Assembly: GCA_030068145.1 (NCBI GenBank)
Contig: JAPJBO010000148.1
Location: 144,409 to 208,408, forward strand
Length of the DNA stretch: 64,000 nt
From: Diplonema papillatum
Lineage: Eukaryota
Direction: 5' to 3'
Part shown: positions 10,300 to 22,097 of the stretch, in pieces
Layout of the letters: the number at the start of each line of letters is the position of its first letter
Numbering within the stretch: position 1 is the first letter of the stretch
Program-made: the position numbers and the translations under genes
Notes under the pieces: generated by a model
What the model saw: only the letters and a program-made list of their open reading frames with translations
Database searches by the model: none
Told to the model about the DNA's origin: nothing

Positions 10300-13135
10300 A
10301 TTAATTGTTATTACGAAAATTTATTTTACACTCGTTCTCTTCTCTACTCACTACTGTACGTCCTCTTTCACTCTTTTACTCTCTTTGGCTAGCCAAAAAA
10401 AAAAAAAGACTCCTGCGACCGACACCACGAACACATTCGCAATGAATGTGGCCCTGGACCCCCCACGTGCGTACATGTTGAGCATTGAGTTCTTTAAGGT
10501 GCAAGTGCCATCAAGGCAGGCATGTTGAGCAGGGGTTGCCATGTAGCCCGTATCGGTCTAAGTCAACACTGTTGCTTTCATGGGATGTTCACCGGGGAAG
10601 GTCCGACCTAACCGCTAGTCAACAGCAACGTCGAAAAGGGGGATCTTTGTTGTTGGTGCTGGTTTTGTGGGATGAAGTAGGGGAAAGAAAATTTCTTTTT
10701 GCGGTGGTCTCCGCTGGCCTGGTAGTCCGTGCTACCTCCTTTCTTTTACACTCGTTCTCTTCTCTACTCACTACTGTACGTACTCTTTCGCTCTTTTTCT
10801 CTCTTTGGCTAGCCAAAACAAAAGACTTCTGCGACCGACACCACGAACACATTCGCAATGAATGTGGCCCTGGACCCCCCACGTGCGTACATGTTGAGTT
10901 CTTTAAGGTGCAAGTGCCATCAAGGCAGGCATGTTGAGCAGGGGTTGCCATGTAGCCTCTATCGGTCTAAGTCAATACTGTTACTTTCATGGGATGTTCA
11001 CCGGGGAAGGTCCGACCTAACCGCTAGTCAACAGCAACGTCGAAAAGGGGGATCGTTGTTGTTGGTGCTGGTTTTGTGGGATGAAGTAGGGGAAAGAAAA
11101 TTTCTTTTTGCGGTGGTCTCCGCTGGCCTGGTAGTCCGTGCTACCTCCTTTCTTTTACACTCGTTCTCTTCTCTACTCACTACTGTACGTACTCTTTCGC
11201 TCTTTTTCTCTCTTTGGCTAGCCAAAACAAAAGACTTCTGCGACCGACACCACGAACACATTCGCAATGAATGTGGCCCTGGGCCCCCCACGTGCGTACA
11301 TGTTGAGCATTGAGTTCTTTAAGGTGCAAGTGCCATCAAGGCAGGCATGTTGAGCAGGGGTTGCCATGTAGCCTCTATCGGTCTAAGTCAACGCTGTTGC
11401 TTTCATGGGATGTTCACCGGGGAAGGTCCGACCTAACCGCTAGTCAACAGCAACGTCGAAAAGGGGGATCGTTGTTGTTGGTGCTGGTTTTGTGGGATGA
11501 AGTAGGGGAAAGAAAATTTCTTTTTGCGGTGGTCTCCGCTGGCCTGGTAGTCCGTGCTACCTCCTTTCTTTTACACTCGTTCTCTTCTCTACTCACTACT
11601 GTACGTACTCTTTCACTCTTTTTCTCTCTTTGGCTAGCCAAAACAAAAGACTTCTGCGACCGACACCACGAACACATTCGCAATGAATGTGGCCCTGGAC
11701 CCCCCACGTGCGTACATGTTGAGCATTGAGTTCTTTAAGGTGCAAGTGCCATCAAGGCAGGCATGTTGAGCAGGGGTTGCCATGTAGCCTCTATCGGTCT
11801 AAGTCAACGCTGTTGCTTTCATGGGATGTTCACCGGGGAAGGTCCGACCTAACCGCTAGTCAACAGCAACGTCGAAAAGGGGGATCGTTGTTGTTGGTGC
11901 TGGTTTTGTGGGATGAAGTAGGGGAAAGAAAATTTCTTTTTGCGGTGGTCTCCGCTGGCCTGGTAGTCCGTGCTACCTCCTTTCTTTTACACTCGTTCTC
12001 TTCTCTACTCACTACTGTACGTACTCTTTCGCTCTTTTTCTCTCTTTGGCTAGCCAAAACAAAAGACTTCTGCGACCGACACCACGAACACATTCGCAAT
12101 GAATGTGGCCCTGGACCCCCCACGTGCGTACATGTTGAGCATTGAGTTCTTTAAGGTGCAAGTGCCATCAAGGCAGGCATGTTGAGCAGGGGTTGCCATG
12201 TAGCCTCTATCGGTCTAAGTCAATACTGTTACTTTCATGGGATGTTCACCGGGGAAGGTCCGACCTAACCGCTAGTCAACAGCAACGTCGAAAAGGGGGA
12301 TCGTTGTTGTTGGTGCTGGTTTTGTGGGATGAAGTAGGGGAAAGAAAATTTCTTTTTGCGGTGGTCTCCGCTGGCCTGGTAGTCCGTGCTACCTCCTTTC
12401 TTTTACACTCGTTCTCTTCTCTACTCACTACTGTACGTACTCTTTCACTCTTTTTCTCTCTTTGGCTAGCCAAAACAAAAGACTTCTGCGACCGACACCA
12501 CGAACACATTCGCAATGAATGTGGCCCTGGACCCCCCACGTGCGTACATGTTGAGCATTGAGTTCTTTAAGGTGCAAGTGCCATCAAGGCAGGCATGTTG
12601 AGCAGGGGTTGCCATGTAGCCTCTATCGGTCTAAGTCAATACTGTTACTTTCATGGGATGTTCACCGGGGAAGGTCCGACCTAACCGCTAGTCAACAGCA
12701 ACGTCGAAAAGGGGGATCGTTGTTGTTGGTGCTGGTTTTGTGGGATGAAGTAGGGGAAAGAAAATTTCTTTTTGCGGTGGTCTCCGCTGGCCTGGTAGTC
12801 CGTGCTACCTCCTTTCTTTTACACTCGTTCTCTTCTCTACTCACTACTGTACGTACTCTTTCGCTCTTTTTCTCTCTTTGGCTAGCCAAAACAAAAGACT
12901 CCTGCGACCGACACCACGAACACATTCGCAATGAATGTGGCCCTGGACCCCCCACGTGCGTACATGTTGAGCATTGAGTTCTTTAAGGTGCAAGTGCCAT
13001 CAAGGCAGGCATGTTGAGCAGGGGTTGCCATGTAGCCCGTATCGGTCTAAGTCAACACTGTTGCTTTCATGGGATGTTCACCGGGGAAGGTCCGACCTAA
13101 CCGCTAGTCAACAGCAACGTCGAAAAGGGGGAGGG
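10300..13135. repeat. satellite, 416-bp unit x ~6.8 (composite of family C-like and family E-like motifs)
   Basis: Track ORFs MSSLRCKCHQGRH... recur at 11310, 11726, 12142, 12558 and 12974, exactly 416 bp apart. The unit contains gcattgagttctttaaggtgcaagtgccatcaaggcaggcatgttgagc (C-like) and ttggtgctggttttgtgggatgaagtaggggaaagaaaatttctttttgcggtggtctccgctggcctggtagtccgtgctacctcc (E-like). Confidence 0.85.
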
Positions 13136-13409
13136 GGAAAGAAGATAGAAAATCGGTGGGGTTGACAAGCTCGTAAGTGGTTGTTTGTAGATCAGTACAA
13201 CCCTAAACTACGCCTAGCACGCGGCCAGGCGGTCTTTAGCGGACCTCCAGTACATTAAACGCAAGCCGGCAGGTCGTCATCAGACGCGGCACGAAAAGCA
13301 AACTTCGCCGGCGCAGCACTTCGGCCTTGCGTCCTCTTATTTACAGCGGGCACCGTACCTGACCTCAGCCCCGCTAGGCCGAGATTCCGGTTGTTCCGCA
13401 GGGCATACA

Positions 13410-14240
13410 TCACTCCCCGAAGTTGACGTACGTGCAGAGACGTTCGTGCACACGCAGGCCTCTGAGGCCCCGGAACAATCGACCGTCCTTGTTGCGGTCG
13501 GTGAAGCAGCGCTTGCAAAGTTCCGGGGAGTCCTTGGGCTGTTCAGGTGGCTGGCCGTGTGCTGTTAAAGCGGCGTCGGGAGGCAAGAGTTGGCAAGGTT
13601 CCAGATTCGCGTCGGTACACGGCGGACTAGAAGGCATCAGCGGGACTTGCGGTGGGACTGTCGTAGCCATCATCGCAGGCGATGGCAAGTGTTCGACCAC
13701 CTCGTGGGACGCAGTAGGAATTCGTACGTATGCGGCGAGGTATACGTCAGTCCAAGGCACGTTGTCGACGTGCAAGACTCGTTCGTCATCGAAAAGCGTC
13801 CATTGCATCCCTTGCAAGACGTATGTGACAAAAGTTTGTCGGGGGGAAGGGGGGGTTTAGGCAGAAACACTCTGACAAAGTACGACCCCCCATGCATGCC
13901 GAAAAAGCGAGAACCCGAGCCAGAGAGCAGCGACATGTCAAAAAGGATCCATGTTTGCTGCTGTGAAGAGATGTGCTTTGCCTTCGGGGGTGTGGTTAAC
14001 CAGCCACACTTCCGAAAAGTGTGTGGAGAAAAAACTCGTTGGGCAGACCTCGGTTTTGAGCATGTCCTCGCGCATCAAGTGAGCGTGGACGCATTGTCTC
14101 CAGATTTCAAGGTTGGCCAGCGTCTTCGTCCTGTTGAACAGCTGCTTCAGAATTTCGCTCACCACCTTGGACTGCGGGTGTGTGTTTGTCACGTGATAAA
14201 TGGCCACGGCAAGACAAACGCAGTCGAGACGAGGTGAGAG
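13410..14240 (-). CDS. hypothetical protein-coding fragments (two adjacent minus ORFs; possible pseudogene or split gene)
   Basis: Minus ORFs 13938..14768 (C-terminal part QSKVVSEILKQLFNRTKTLANLEIWRQCVHAHLMREDML...) and 13410..13817 (VLHVDNVPWTDVYLAAYVRIPTASHEVVEHL...LCKRCFTDRNKDGRLFRGLRGLRVHERLC) both look protein-like. An overlapping plus-strand ORF is also open, so the coding strand is ambiguous. Confidence 0.2.
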
Positions 14241-14357
14241 TGGATAACGAGTTAGAGTGCAGGACCATCTCTCCGGGATAATGCAGCGTATCGCCACAGA
14301 TTCTTTGCACTCTAACCCAAAACTCTCCGGGAAGTTCCCGGTCTCGTCACCAGACAG

Positions 14358-14382
14358 ATAGAGAGAGAGAGAGAGAGAGAGA
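14358..14382. repeat. (GA)n microsatellite
   Basis: gatagagagagagagagagagagagac. Confidence 0.8.
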
Positions 14383-14959
14383 CGAGTTAGAGTGCAGGGA
14401 CCATCTCTCCGGGGAGTTTCCGGTCTCCTCACTTCTCTTCGCACTGCTACGGCGGGCGTAAGTCGCTCCGGAGGCGCGCTGCAGGTTGCGGCTCTGCTAC
14501 AGTGAGTGCCGGCACCGGAGTTGGTGCTGCAGCGGGCGCTCTGGCCGGCGGGTGAGCTCGTCTCGCGGGAGATCGCCGCCTTGTAACGCTGCGGGCCCTC
14601 TTCTTCCTCACGACTGCGCGGCCTACGGCGGCGGCTAACACCTTGATGGGAAACTTCAGCTTCCATGGAGCGAAGATAGGTGCAAGCGACACTCGACTGT
14701 TGGGGCCGGAAGTCAGCACGATTTGCACCTGAAACTTTCATTCGAGATCTGGTTGTAACAGGAGGCACCGGCCAAGTACGTTGTCAGGTCAAGTACACGG
14801 ACAGTGAACTCACAGATGCTGAAGTCCTGAGTGTAGAGGCAACTTGCATCAATTTCAGTGTGTTCAAGTCTCGTGGCAACGCCAAATGGTTGATTGCCTG
14901 AACACACTGGATTGCAGCTTGTCTTCGTCGTTCACCCGCATTGTGCTTACGATTCAGAG

Positions 14960-15058
14960 GGGGAAGCACTACTCTAACGTTTGGGCAGGACACTGCCTCT
15001 CACGCATGTATGATGCTAGCATCAAGTCTTCATCGAAGAAAGTGTAGGGGTGACACTT
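14960..15058 (+). repeat. family D element, copy 2 (overlaps the stop codon of the PDZ gene)
   Basis: gggggaagcactactctaacgtttgggcaggacactgcctctcacgcatgtatgatgctagcatcaagtcttcatcgaagaaagtgtagggg. The last ~9 codons and the TGA of the 15030..16586 CDS fall inside it. Confidence 0.6.
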
Positions 15059-16586
15059 CCGTAGGGCCATTCTGAAAAAGCAGCGATACCTTGCCCTGGA
15101 TCTGCTTGATGGCGTGCCCGACGGGTAGGTCCAAGGGGGCGTCCAAGTTGTCCGCCTCCCCCTCGATCGGCTCTTCGGTGATCCTCACGATGCGGAAGAA
15201 CGACAGGCAGTCCGTCTTCTGCATGCGCGTCGTGCAGAAGTCGCGGAATTCGGCCACCGCCAGCGGCTCGCCGGTGCACTTGTGGTGGTACCCTTCGTCG
15301 ACGACGTACCCACCGCCGTTGGACTTGAGCCACTCCAGCTCTTCGTCGGCTTCGTAGCACGTCTTGAACTGCAAGACCGCGTACGAGTTCTGTCGGTGGG
15401 TCCACTCTTTTTCGTGGATCCTCGGGTGAGACTCGTCGAGGAACCAGTCGACGCAGACGCAATCCATCGGGTTCTTCAGTTTCTTCAGGACCCCTTCCAT
15501 CGGAAGAACTTCCGGGACGTGCGTCATCAGCACGCAGCGGGTCAGCCGCGTCGTGATGATGTCGGCCTCGGGGGTGACGAAGTCCTCGGAGTGGCCGAAC
15601 GGGCAGCCGCTGATGCAGCAGCCCCCGAAGTAGTGCTGCATCCGGCAGGGCACAGACGACCGCGGGGGGATGTCGAACGTGGTGTCGGGCACGGCGATCG
15701 GATCGCTGTTCTCGAGGTGTTCGGGGATGTTGTCCGTGAAGGACACCGTCAGGGGGTCTCCGCCGAAGTCTTCGAATCCCTCGAGAGCTTGCCCTAGAGT
15801 GCGTCGCAGGGCCCGGGAGGACGCGTCTTCTATCCGGCCGTCCTCGTCGGGTTCAGCACCGGAGTCCCAGGTCATGATGGCCTCGGTGTATTGGTCGCGG
15901 GGGTAGGGGCTGCTGTAGATGTTTACCTTCGGTGTGTTGCTCTGGATGTTGATCCGGACGCCGCACATGCCGAGCAGCGCGAAGATGAAATCGACCATCA
16001 GCTCCGGGCACATTCCCCGCGGCAGGTTCTCGACGTGCACGATCTCACAACCCGGCGGCGGGTCTGCCATCGTCACCTTCATCGGCGAGAGCTTCCGCTC
16101 CCGGCTCAGCGTCGCCGACCGCATCCACAGCCGCATCGCGTTGCAGAACGCGACCACCGGCCGCGGGTCATCAACGGCTCGCTCCGTCCAGTACTCGGTC
16201 GTGAACGGGCCGAAGATGCCGGGCTGCTGGGGCGGCGGGGGCTCGGGGAATTCTTCCGCGGCCGTGGCGTCTTCGATCGAGCCTTCGGCATCGTCGCAGA
16301 TGACTTTGAAAGTCATCATTCCGTCGACTGCCTTCAGCCTGGTTGTGGACCCGGGGCCGTATGGCATGCCGTTCAACTCGATGACGCGCATGCCAGCCGT
16401 GAGGCCGTGCTCCGCCCCCGAGCCTTCTGGGTCAACGCTGGCGATGACGCCGTCCTTCAGCTCGATCCCGAGCGGCTTCTGCCGCACGCAGACGACGATC
16501 GTCTCCTCGTCTTCGCCGTCAGCGTCGTCGTCGTCCGCCCCGTCGATGTCCACGGGATAGTCCCCAGCATCGTCTTCGAACTCCAT
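15030..16586 (-). CDS. PDZ-domain protein, 518 aa
   Basis: Continuous minus ORF, ATG verified (atggagttcgaa). Acidic N-terminus, then a PDZ-like fold (IVVCVRQKPLGIELKDGVIASVDPEGSGAEHGLTAGMRVIELNGMPYGPGSTTRLKAVDGMMTFKV), then a large cysteine-containing C-terminal region. No stop for 518 codons in GC-rich DNA. Confidence 0.65.
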   Translation of the reverse strand: MEFEDDAGDYPVDIDGADDDDADGEDEETIVVCVRQKPLGIELKDGVIASVDPEGSGAEHGLTAGMRVIELNGMPYGPGSTTRLKAVDGMMTFKVICDDAEGSIEDATAAEEFPEPPPPQQPGIFGPFTTEYWTERAVDDPRPVVAFCNAMRLWMRSATLSRERKLSPMKVTMADPPPGCEIVHVENLPRGMCPELMVDFIFALLGMCGVRINIQSNTPKVNIYSSPYPRDQYTEAIMTWDSGAEPDEDGRIEDASSRALRRTLGQALEGFEDFGGDPLTVSFTDNIPEHLENSDPIAVPDTTFDIPPRSSVPCRMQHYFGGCCISGCPFGHSEDFVTPEADIITTRLTRCVLMTHVPEVLPMEGVLKKLKNPMDCVCVDWFLDESHPRIHEKEWTHRQNSYAVLQFKTCYEADEELEWLKSNGGGYVVDEGYHHKCTGEPLAVAEFRDFCTTRMQKTDCLSFFRIVRITEEPIEGEADNLDAPLDLPVGHAIKQIQGKVSLLFQNGPTEVSPLHFLR

Positions 16587-16589
16587 TGA

Positions 16590-17450
16590 TACCGGGCACC
16601 CCCCCTCCCACCCCCGTCTCGCGAAGACTCTTCCCCCCTCGTTGTCCCTCCGCGATGGCCTGGTTTGTTAGAGGGGTAGTCGATGGCGACGGTTTTGTGA
16701 CGTGCTTTTTCCACCTCCTCTAGACGTGTTTTCATCACCTGCTAGACACTGTGCCATGATGTAACCCCCTGGTATGTGTTAACCCTTCTGGACACTCCGC
16801 AGAGTCTTCGATGACTTCAAAAAAAACACCATTCCGTTGACTGCCGCAAGTCTGGTCGTAGACCCGGGGCCGTACGGCGTTCCTTTCAACTCGATGACGC
16901 GCATGCCAGCCGTGAGGCCGTGCTCCGCCTCCGAGCCTTCTGGGTCACGCCGTCCTTCAGCTCGATCCCGAGCGGCTCCTGCCGCACGCAGACGACGATC
17001 GTCTCCTCGTCTTCGCCGTCGGCGTCGTCGTCGTCCGCCCCGTCGATGTCCACGGGATAGTCCCCTGCATCGTCTTCGAACTCCATTGATACCGGGCACC
17101 CCCTTCCCACCCCCGTCTCGCGAAGACTCTTCCCCCCTCGTTGTCCCTCCGCGATGGCCTGGTTTGTTAGAGGGGTAGTCTATGGCGACTTTTTGTGACG
17201 TGCTTTTTTCACCTCCTCTAGACGTGTTTTCATCACCTGCTAGACACTGTGCCATGATGTAACTCCCTCCCGACATTGTGGTATGTGTTAACCCTTCTGG
17301 ACGCTCCGCAGAGTCTTCGATGACTTCAAAAAAACACCATTTCGTTGACTGCCGCAAGTCTGGTCGTCCATACGGCATTCCTTTCTCGATGACGCGCATG
17401 CCAGCCGTGAGGCCGTGCTCCGCCCCCGAGCCTTCTGGGTGTCAAGGAGG
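16590..17450 (-). repeat. degenerate tandem re-duplications (x2) of the 5' end / upstream region of the PDZ gene
   Basis: 16830-17280 and 17290-17450 repeat 16300-16760 (...ccgtgaggccgtgctccgcc.ccgagccttctgggtc...gtcgtcgtcgtccgccccgtcgatgtccacgggatagtcccc.gcatcgtcttcgaactccattgataccgggcaccc...). Track ORF 16886..17110 re-encodes MEFEDDAGDYPVDIDGADDDDADGEDEETIVVCVRQ.PLGIELKDGV. Confidence 0.7.
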
Positions 17451-17559
17451 AGGGGGGGGGGGTGCGCGGGTACCTGTAGCCCGGGGCCCGGGCCCCGAAC
17501 AAATATTTCGGGGGTTCTGACCGTTTCTCGCAGGGGTTTATACACCCATAGTGAACTTG

Positions 17560-18160
17560 GCCAGCTGACCCTGATTGACACTGTGATGTGCTTTGACCCC
17601 TGATTGACACTGTGATGTGCTTTGACCCCTGATTGACACTGTGATGTGCTTTGACCCCTGATTGACACTGTGATGTGCTGTGACCCCTGATTGACACTGT
17701 GATATGCTTTGACCCTGATTGACGCTGTGATGCGCTTTTTTGACCCCTATGTGCTTTGACCCCTGATTGACACTGATGCTTTGACCCTGATTGACACTGT
17801 GATGTTCTTTGACCCCTGATGGACACTGTGATGTGCTTTGACCCCTGATTGACACTGTGATGTGCTGTGACCCCTGATTGACACTGTGATATGCTTTGAC
17901 CCTGATTGACGCTGTGATGCGCTTTTTTGACCCCTATGTGCTTTGACCCCTGATTGACACTGTGATGTGCTTTGACCCCTGATTGACACTGTGATGCTTT
18001 GACCCTGATTGACACTGTGATGTTCTTTGACCCCTGATGGACACTGTGATGTGCTTTGACCCCGATTGACACTGTGAAGTGCTTTGACCCTGATTGACAA
18101 TGTGATGTTCTTTGTCCCCTGATGGATGCTTTGACCCCTGATTGACACGGTGGTGTGCTT
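17560..18160. repeat. satellite, ~29-30 bp unit x ~20
   Basis: tgacccctgattgacactgtgatgtgcttt repeated. Confidence 0.85.
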
Positions 18161-19279
18161 TAACCCTCTAGACACTGTGACGTGGTGTAACTCTCTCTAG
18201 AGACTGTGGTATACTGCAACCCGTTGCCGACTGTGAATCAGGAACGTGAACGCAAGGCTTCGCCACAAGCCTTTCAATCGAAAAGTCTCGAAGCTCCGCA
18301 AAGAGAATCGGCGAGCAACAAAGGGAAGGATGGGCAAAGAAACAAGATCAAGACGTTGCGTCCGAGCCCTTTTGAACGCACCGTGGCTGCGACACGCGGT
18401 TCAACTTTTTCTTCTTTTTTTTTGCCGTGCGACGAACAGTGCTTTTTCACTGATGCACGAGACTGCGCGCGCACGAGAAAGAGAGAGAGAGAAAGAGAGA
18501 GAGAGATCTCGTCGGTTTAAGAAAGAACAGGCACTAGCATAAACCAGTTTTCCGCACCATGGTCGGGGTCGGAGCTAGTACTTTGAAAAAGAAGGAACCC
18601 AAAAAAAAATAAGAGAAAAAAAAAAGAAAGAAGAAAATAAACAGAAAGTCGTGCTGTGATCGGTATCTCAACTACCACCCCTTCCGGCCCTTCTCACTCG
18701 GTGCCTCCTCCCCTGCACGGCTGCGTCTGCGTTGAACAGCGCAGGCGATTGCCACACCTGCAAGAGCCCGGAACGCGCAGCGGGGAGGTAGGCGCTGTTT
18801 CTGCTCACTTCCCACGAGTTCCTCGTGAAACTGCACTGCCGGCTAAGACGCCCCTTCCCCGCACCGGTGTCTTCCCCCCGCTTTTTCTGAGGAACGGTGG
18901 CTGTGCACCGTGTGATATCCGTCGCCTTGGGGCTCGGACCTTTAGCCACGGATAGACCTCAGCGAGCGTCTGCAGACGGACACGCCACGTGAGCCTGATC
19001 TGACAGGCGGCTGTGTATAGCTTGTACATGCTCGGAATGGTGGCGTCTTCAGCAGCCGCACGGGTTCCTATCGTGCACCGTGTTGCAGGGGATGGGGAAG
19101 TAGTTACTTTCTTTTTCTTTACTTTTTTTTTCCGGCAAGCCTGGCTCGTTTGGCCCTGTTAGCTTGGCCGAAGCTTCGATTACTTGTCGCCCGGCACTGG
19201 GCATGTGTACCAACTGATATGCAATACTCGGGCTGCATGCCCAGGCCCGTTCCACGCAGATTCGATGAAGGAAATACAA

Positions 19280-20090
19280 GGACTAGGCAGCAACCATCTG
19301 CATCGATGAACAGCCGCGCGATCGGACTGTGCCCACGGTCCGGCTGTGTTGATGCGCAATACCCGCGGCGTGTTCCCCCGGTTCCTACGCGTTTCTTTTT
19401 CGGGATCGGAATGCGCGTCAGCCTCCGAAAGCACGGTGCACCTGCGCCGTCTCCCTCTTTTTTGGCGCTCGCCTCTTTTTTTTTTTTTGGTGAGAGAACT
19501 CGGGCTGCTTCAGCTTTTTGTGGCAGCTTCGGTGAAGAACGGGCAATCGTGGCGACCAGTTTGCATCAGTCAAACAGTGAATAGACGGCGCCGGCTGTGT
19601 CCGGGCTGTTGATACGAAGGATGCAGGGGAATCGGTGACAACCATTTGCACCGACTGCGCCCGGGCGCAATACTCGCGTTGCAATGTCCAGTCTCGTTCG
19701 GCGCAGATTTGACAAAGGATACAAGACATTGGTGGCGACCATCTGCACCAACCACCACCTGCATCAGTGCACAGTGCACAGACGCGCGATCGGACTGCCC
19801 CCGTGGTGATACCCGCGCTGCTTGCCCAGTCCCGTTCACGTAGACTCGACGAAGGATACAGCGGATTTGCGGCGACTACCTGCATCAGAGCACAGACGCG
19901 GCTGGGCTCCGACGCTGTACGAGTGCAGTCTACACTAGTCACGGGCGTCCCCCTTCTGAACCTGGTGCCCAGTCGCAGTCCCGCTCGACGAAGACAGCAG
20001 ATTTGCGGCGACCACCTGCAACCTGCATCAGGGCACAGACGCGCGATCGGACTGCGCCAAGGGTCAACTGCATCATCCGGGGCCTGTGGA
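19280..20090. repeat. degenerate tandem repeats (~125 bp units)
   Basis: Recurrent motifs ...cgcgatcggactg..., ...cgacgaaggatacag..gatttgcggcgac.acctgca.c...gcacagacgcg. Confidence 0.5.
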
Positions 20091-20849
20091 CATGGTCAAC
20101 AGGATCGCCAACGTGTCACCACTTCAGGTCTCTGCATCCGGGTTGCGGAATGCTCACGCATTCCGTTTCGTGCACGTCCGAGCAAGCTCGTCAGTGGCAG
20201 CTTTGAGGAGCAATTACGCCTTGCCTCCGGGCCTTCGACACCTCAAGGTCAGCGGAATCGGCCTCGAAAGGCAGCACAACGAAGTTGAGGCCTCACGTCT
20301 GCTATCTTCGGCCGTTCGCTGGGTTGAAGTTGCTCGGACGCCCCTTTTTGCCCCCACCGCGTTGCGGGTAGGAGTCGTCCTGGAAGCGACGAACCTGCGG
20401 GAGGAATGAGTCGGTCAACGCGCCATTCACCGCCATTAAAGAGAAGGGGGGGTGCATTGGTGCATTGCGACAGCCGTTTCTTCTGAGAACGTTCGAGGCC
20501 GACGAACATGGTAGGCGTCGGTACCGGTTGGAGCATGCCCAGCGATAGGTGCTGGTTAGGTGCGGGTGCCAGGAAGGCAGGTGCTGGTTAAGTGCAAGTG
20601 CCAAGAAGGCAGGCAAGCAACTGTTCCCGATGACTAGCAAATACCTGCCGGCGGTGCCCGCGGAGTACGGGCCTACCACACGTATCTTCCGCTGCGGGTT
20701 GCGCGAAGTGTTTCGGATACCCCCCCCTGAAACCAGGGCATTGCCTGAGGGACCTTTTTACCACACGATAGCGCGTTCACGAAAAATGGGCGCCGTTCTG
20801 ATCCGATTCGGAGCGCCAGCTTTCCGTGGCGGACGGTTCATGAGGATGA

Positions 20850-21290
20850 GGATGTGCAAGGGCATCCTAACCATCATCATGTGAAGGGCATCTCACTGAT
20901 CATTATAGCAAGGTGGCACGGGCATCCTGCTGTACTCATCAGTATGAGGATCAGGATGAGGATCATGAGGATGAGAATGCAAGGGCATCCTAATCACATG
21001 GGCATGCCACTCGTCGTTATGCCAAGGCATCCTGCTGATGATCATGGCAAGGCACCCTACTCAGCATCCTGAGGATCAGGATGAGGATGCAAGGGCGTCC
21101 TAATAATCATCATCAAGATCAGGATCAGGATAACCATGACGATGAGGAGGCAAGGGCATGCCACTTGTCATAATGCCAAGGCTCCCTGCTGATCATTATG
21201 GCAAGAGCATACTGCTGATCATCATCGTGAGGACGAGGTTGGAAGGACATCCTACTCATCATCATCTCCATCTGCTCCGCACACGGTCGT
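20850..21290. repeat. degenerate tandem repeats (~130 bp units)
   Basis: Recurrent gaggat(g/c)aggatg..gcaagggc.tcctaa..atcatcat, ggcatgccactcgtc.t.atgccaaggc.tcctgctgat.at.atggcaag. Confidence 0.5.
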
Positions 21291-21590
21291 TCGACCGACG
21301 GGCGCAGATGGTTCAAAAGGGATGTTCGTCCGACGTTCGACCTCCGACGAAACTCGGCCGTTTGCCTGCATAGGACAGCCTGGGTGGCTTAGCGCAGCAT
21401 CCGGTGGCTAGCGCCTGCCCATTCGTCGAGGCCGCTGTGGGGGAGCGAGTAGATGAACGCGAGGGTAGGTTGTACGTTAAGCATTGAGTTATTTTGAGTG
21501 CATGAACCACATGCATTAGCATGCACTTGTTAGGCAGCGGCTGCCAAAACTTGCGAGACACCTGTAAGATGCGAAGTACAGGGGAGGTTA

Positions 21591-21700
21591 GGGGGGATAT
21601 TAGCTTAATGTTTGGGCAGCACTGTCGTGTCTTCCGTGCCTGTGTGATGCTAGCGCCAAGTCTTCTTGGGAGAAGATAAGAGGGAAAAGAGGGTTGAAGT
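21591..21700 (+). repeat. family D element, copy 3 (diverged)
   Basis: ggggggatattagcttaatgtttgggcagcactg.cgtgtcttccgtgcctgtgtgatgctagcgccaagtcttcttgggagaagataagagggaaaag. Confidence 0.5.
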
Positions 21701-21705
21701 AAGAT

Positions 21706-21795
21706 AAAGTGGTGTCACCTGAGGGGGTAATCTCAGGGCCGCCCACGTGATAAGCCGTTAAGCAGCTGCTGCCGGCTTATCCCGTGACACCTTTT
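21706..21795 (+). repeat. single dispersed copy of the 80-bp hairpin repeat seen in tandem at 41221-41540
   Basis: agtggtgtcacctga...ggccgcccacgtgataagccgttaagcagc.gctgccggcttatcccgtgacaccttttac. The terminal 8-bp inverted repeat ggtgtcac/gtgacacc is conserved. Confidence 0.5.
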
Positions 21796-21965
21796 ACCTT
21801 TATAGGTACGTTGTACAAAGAGTAGCGTTGGCACTCTAACAGGCTCGTTCCCTCGTAGCCCGCCGGGAACGGGCACTCCAGTGAAACTGGGTATGTTACC
21901 GTTTCAGGTTTGGATTTGGGAGCATTGCCTCATGTGGATTCTGAGACCTATTTCTCGAAAGAACA

Positions 21966-22076
21966 GGGGGGGAAATATTAGTTTAGGCAGAGCACTGCCT
22001 CTCATGCATGGTTGATGCTAGCACTCAAGTCTTCTTCGAGGAAGATGTTGTATAGGAAAGGGATGCAAAATAGAAA
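21966..22076 (+). repeat. family D element, copy 4 (near consensus)
   Basis: gggggaaatattagtttaggcagagcactgcctctcatgcatggttgatgctagcactcaagtcttcttcgaggaagatgttgtataggaaagggatgcaaaatagaaa. Confidence 0.6.
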
Positions 22077-22097
22077 GAGGTGGGGGGGGTGAAAAGA

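Noticed and set aside
10485-13165. Regularly spaced ORFs (MSSLRCKCHQGRH..., MGGPGPHSLRM...) and similar periodic ORFs in 17326-18175, 22018-22636, 23408-26108, 32602-33179, 56717-59723
   Set aside because: They recur with exactly the satellite period and are open only because short tandem units happen to lack stops. They are repeat artefacts, not genes.
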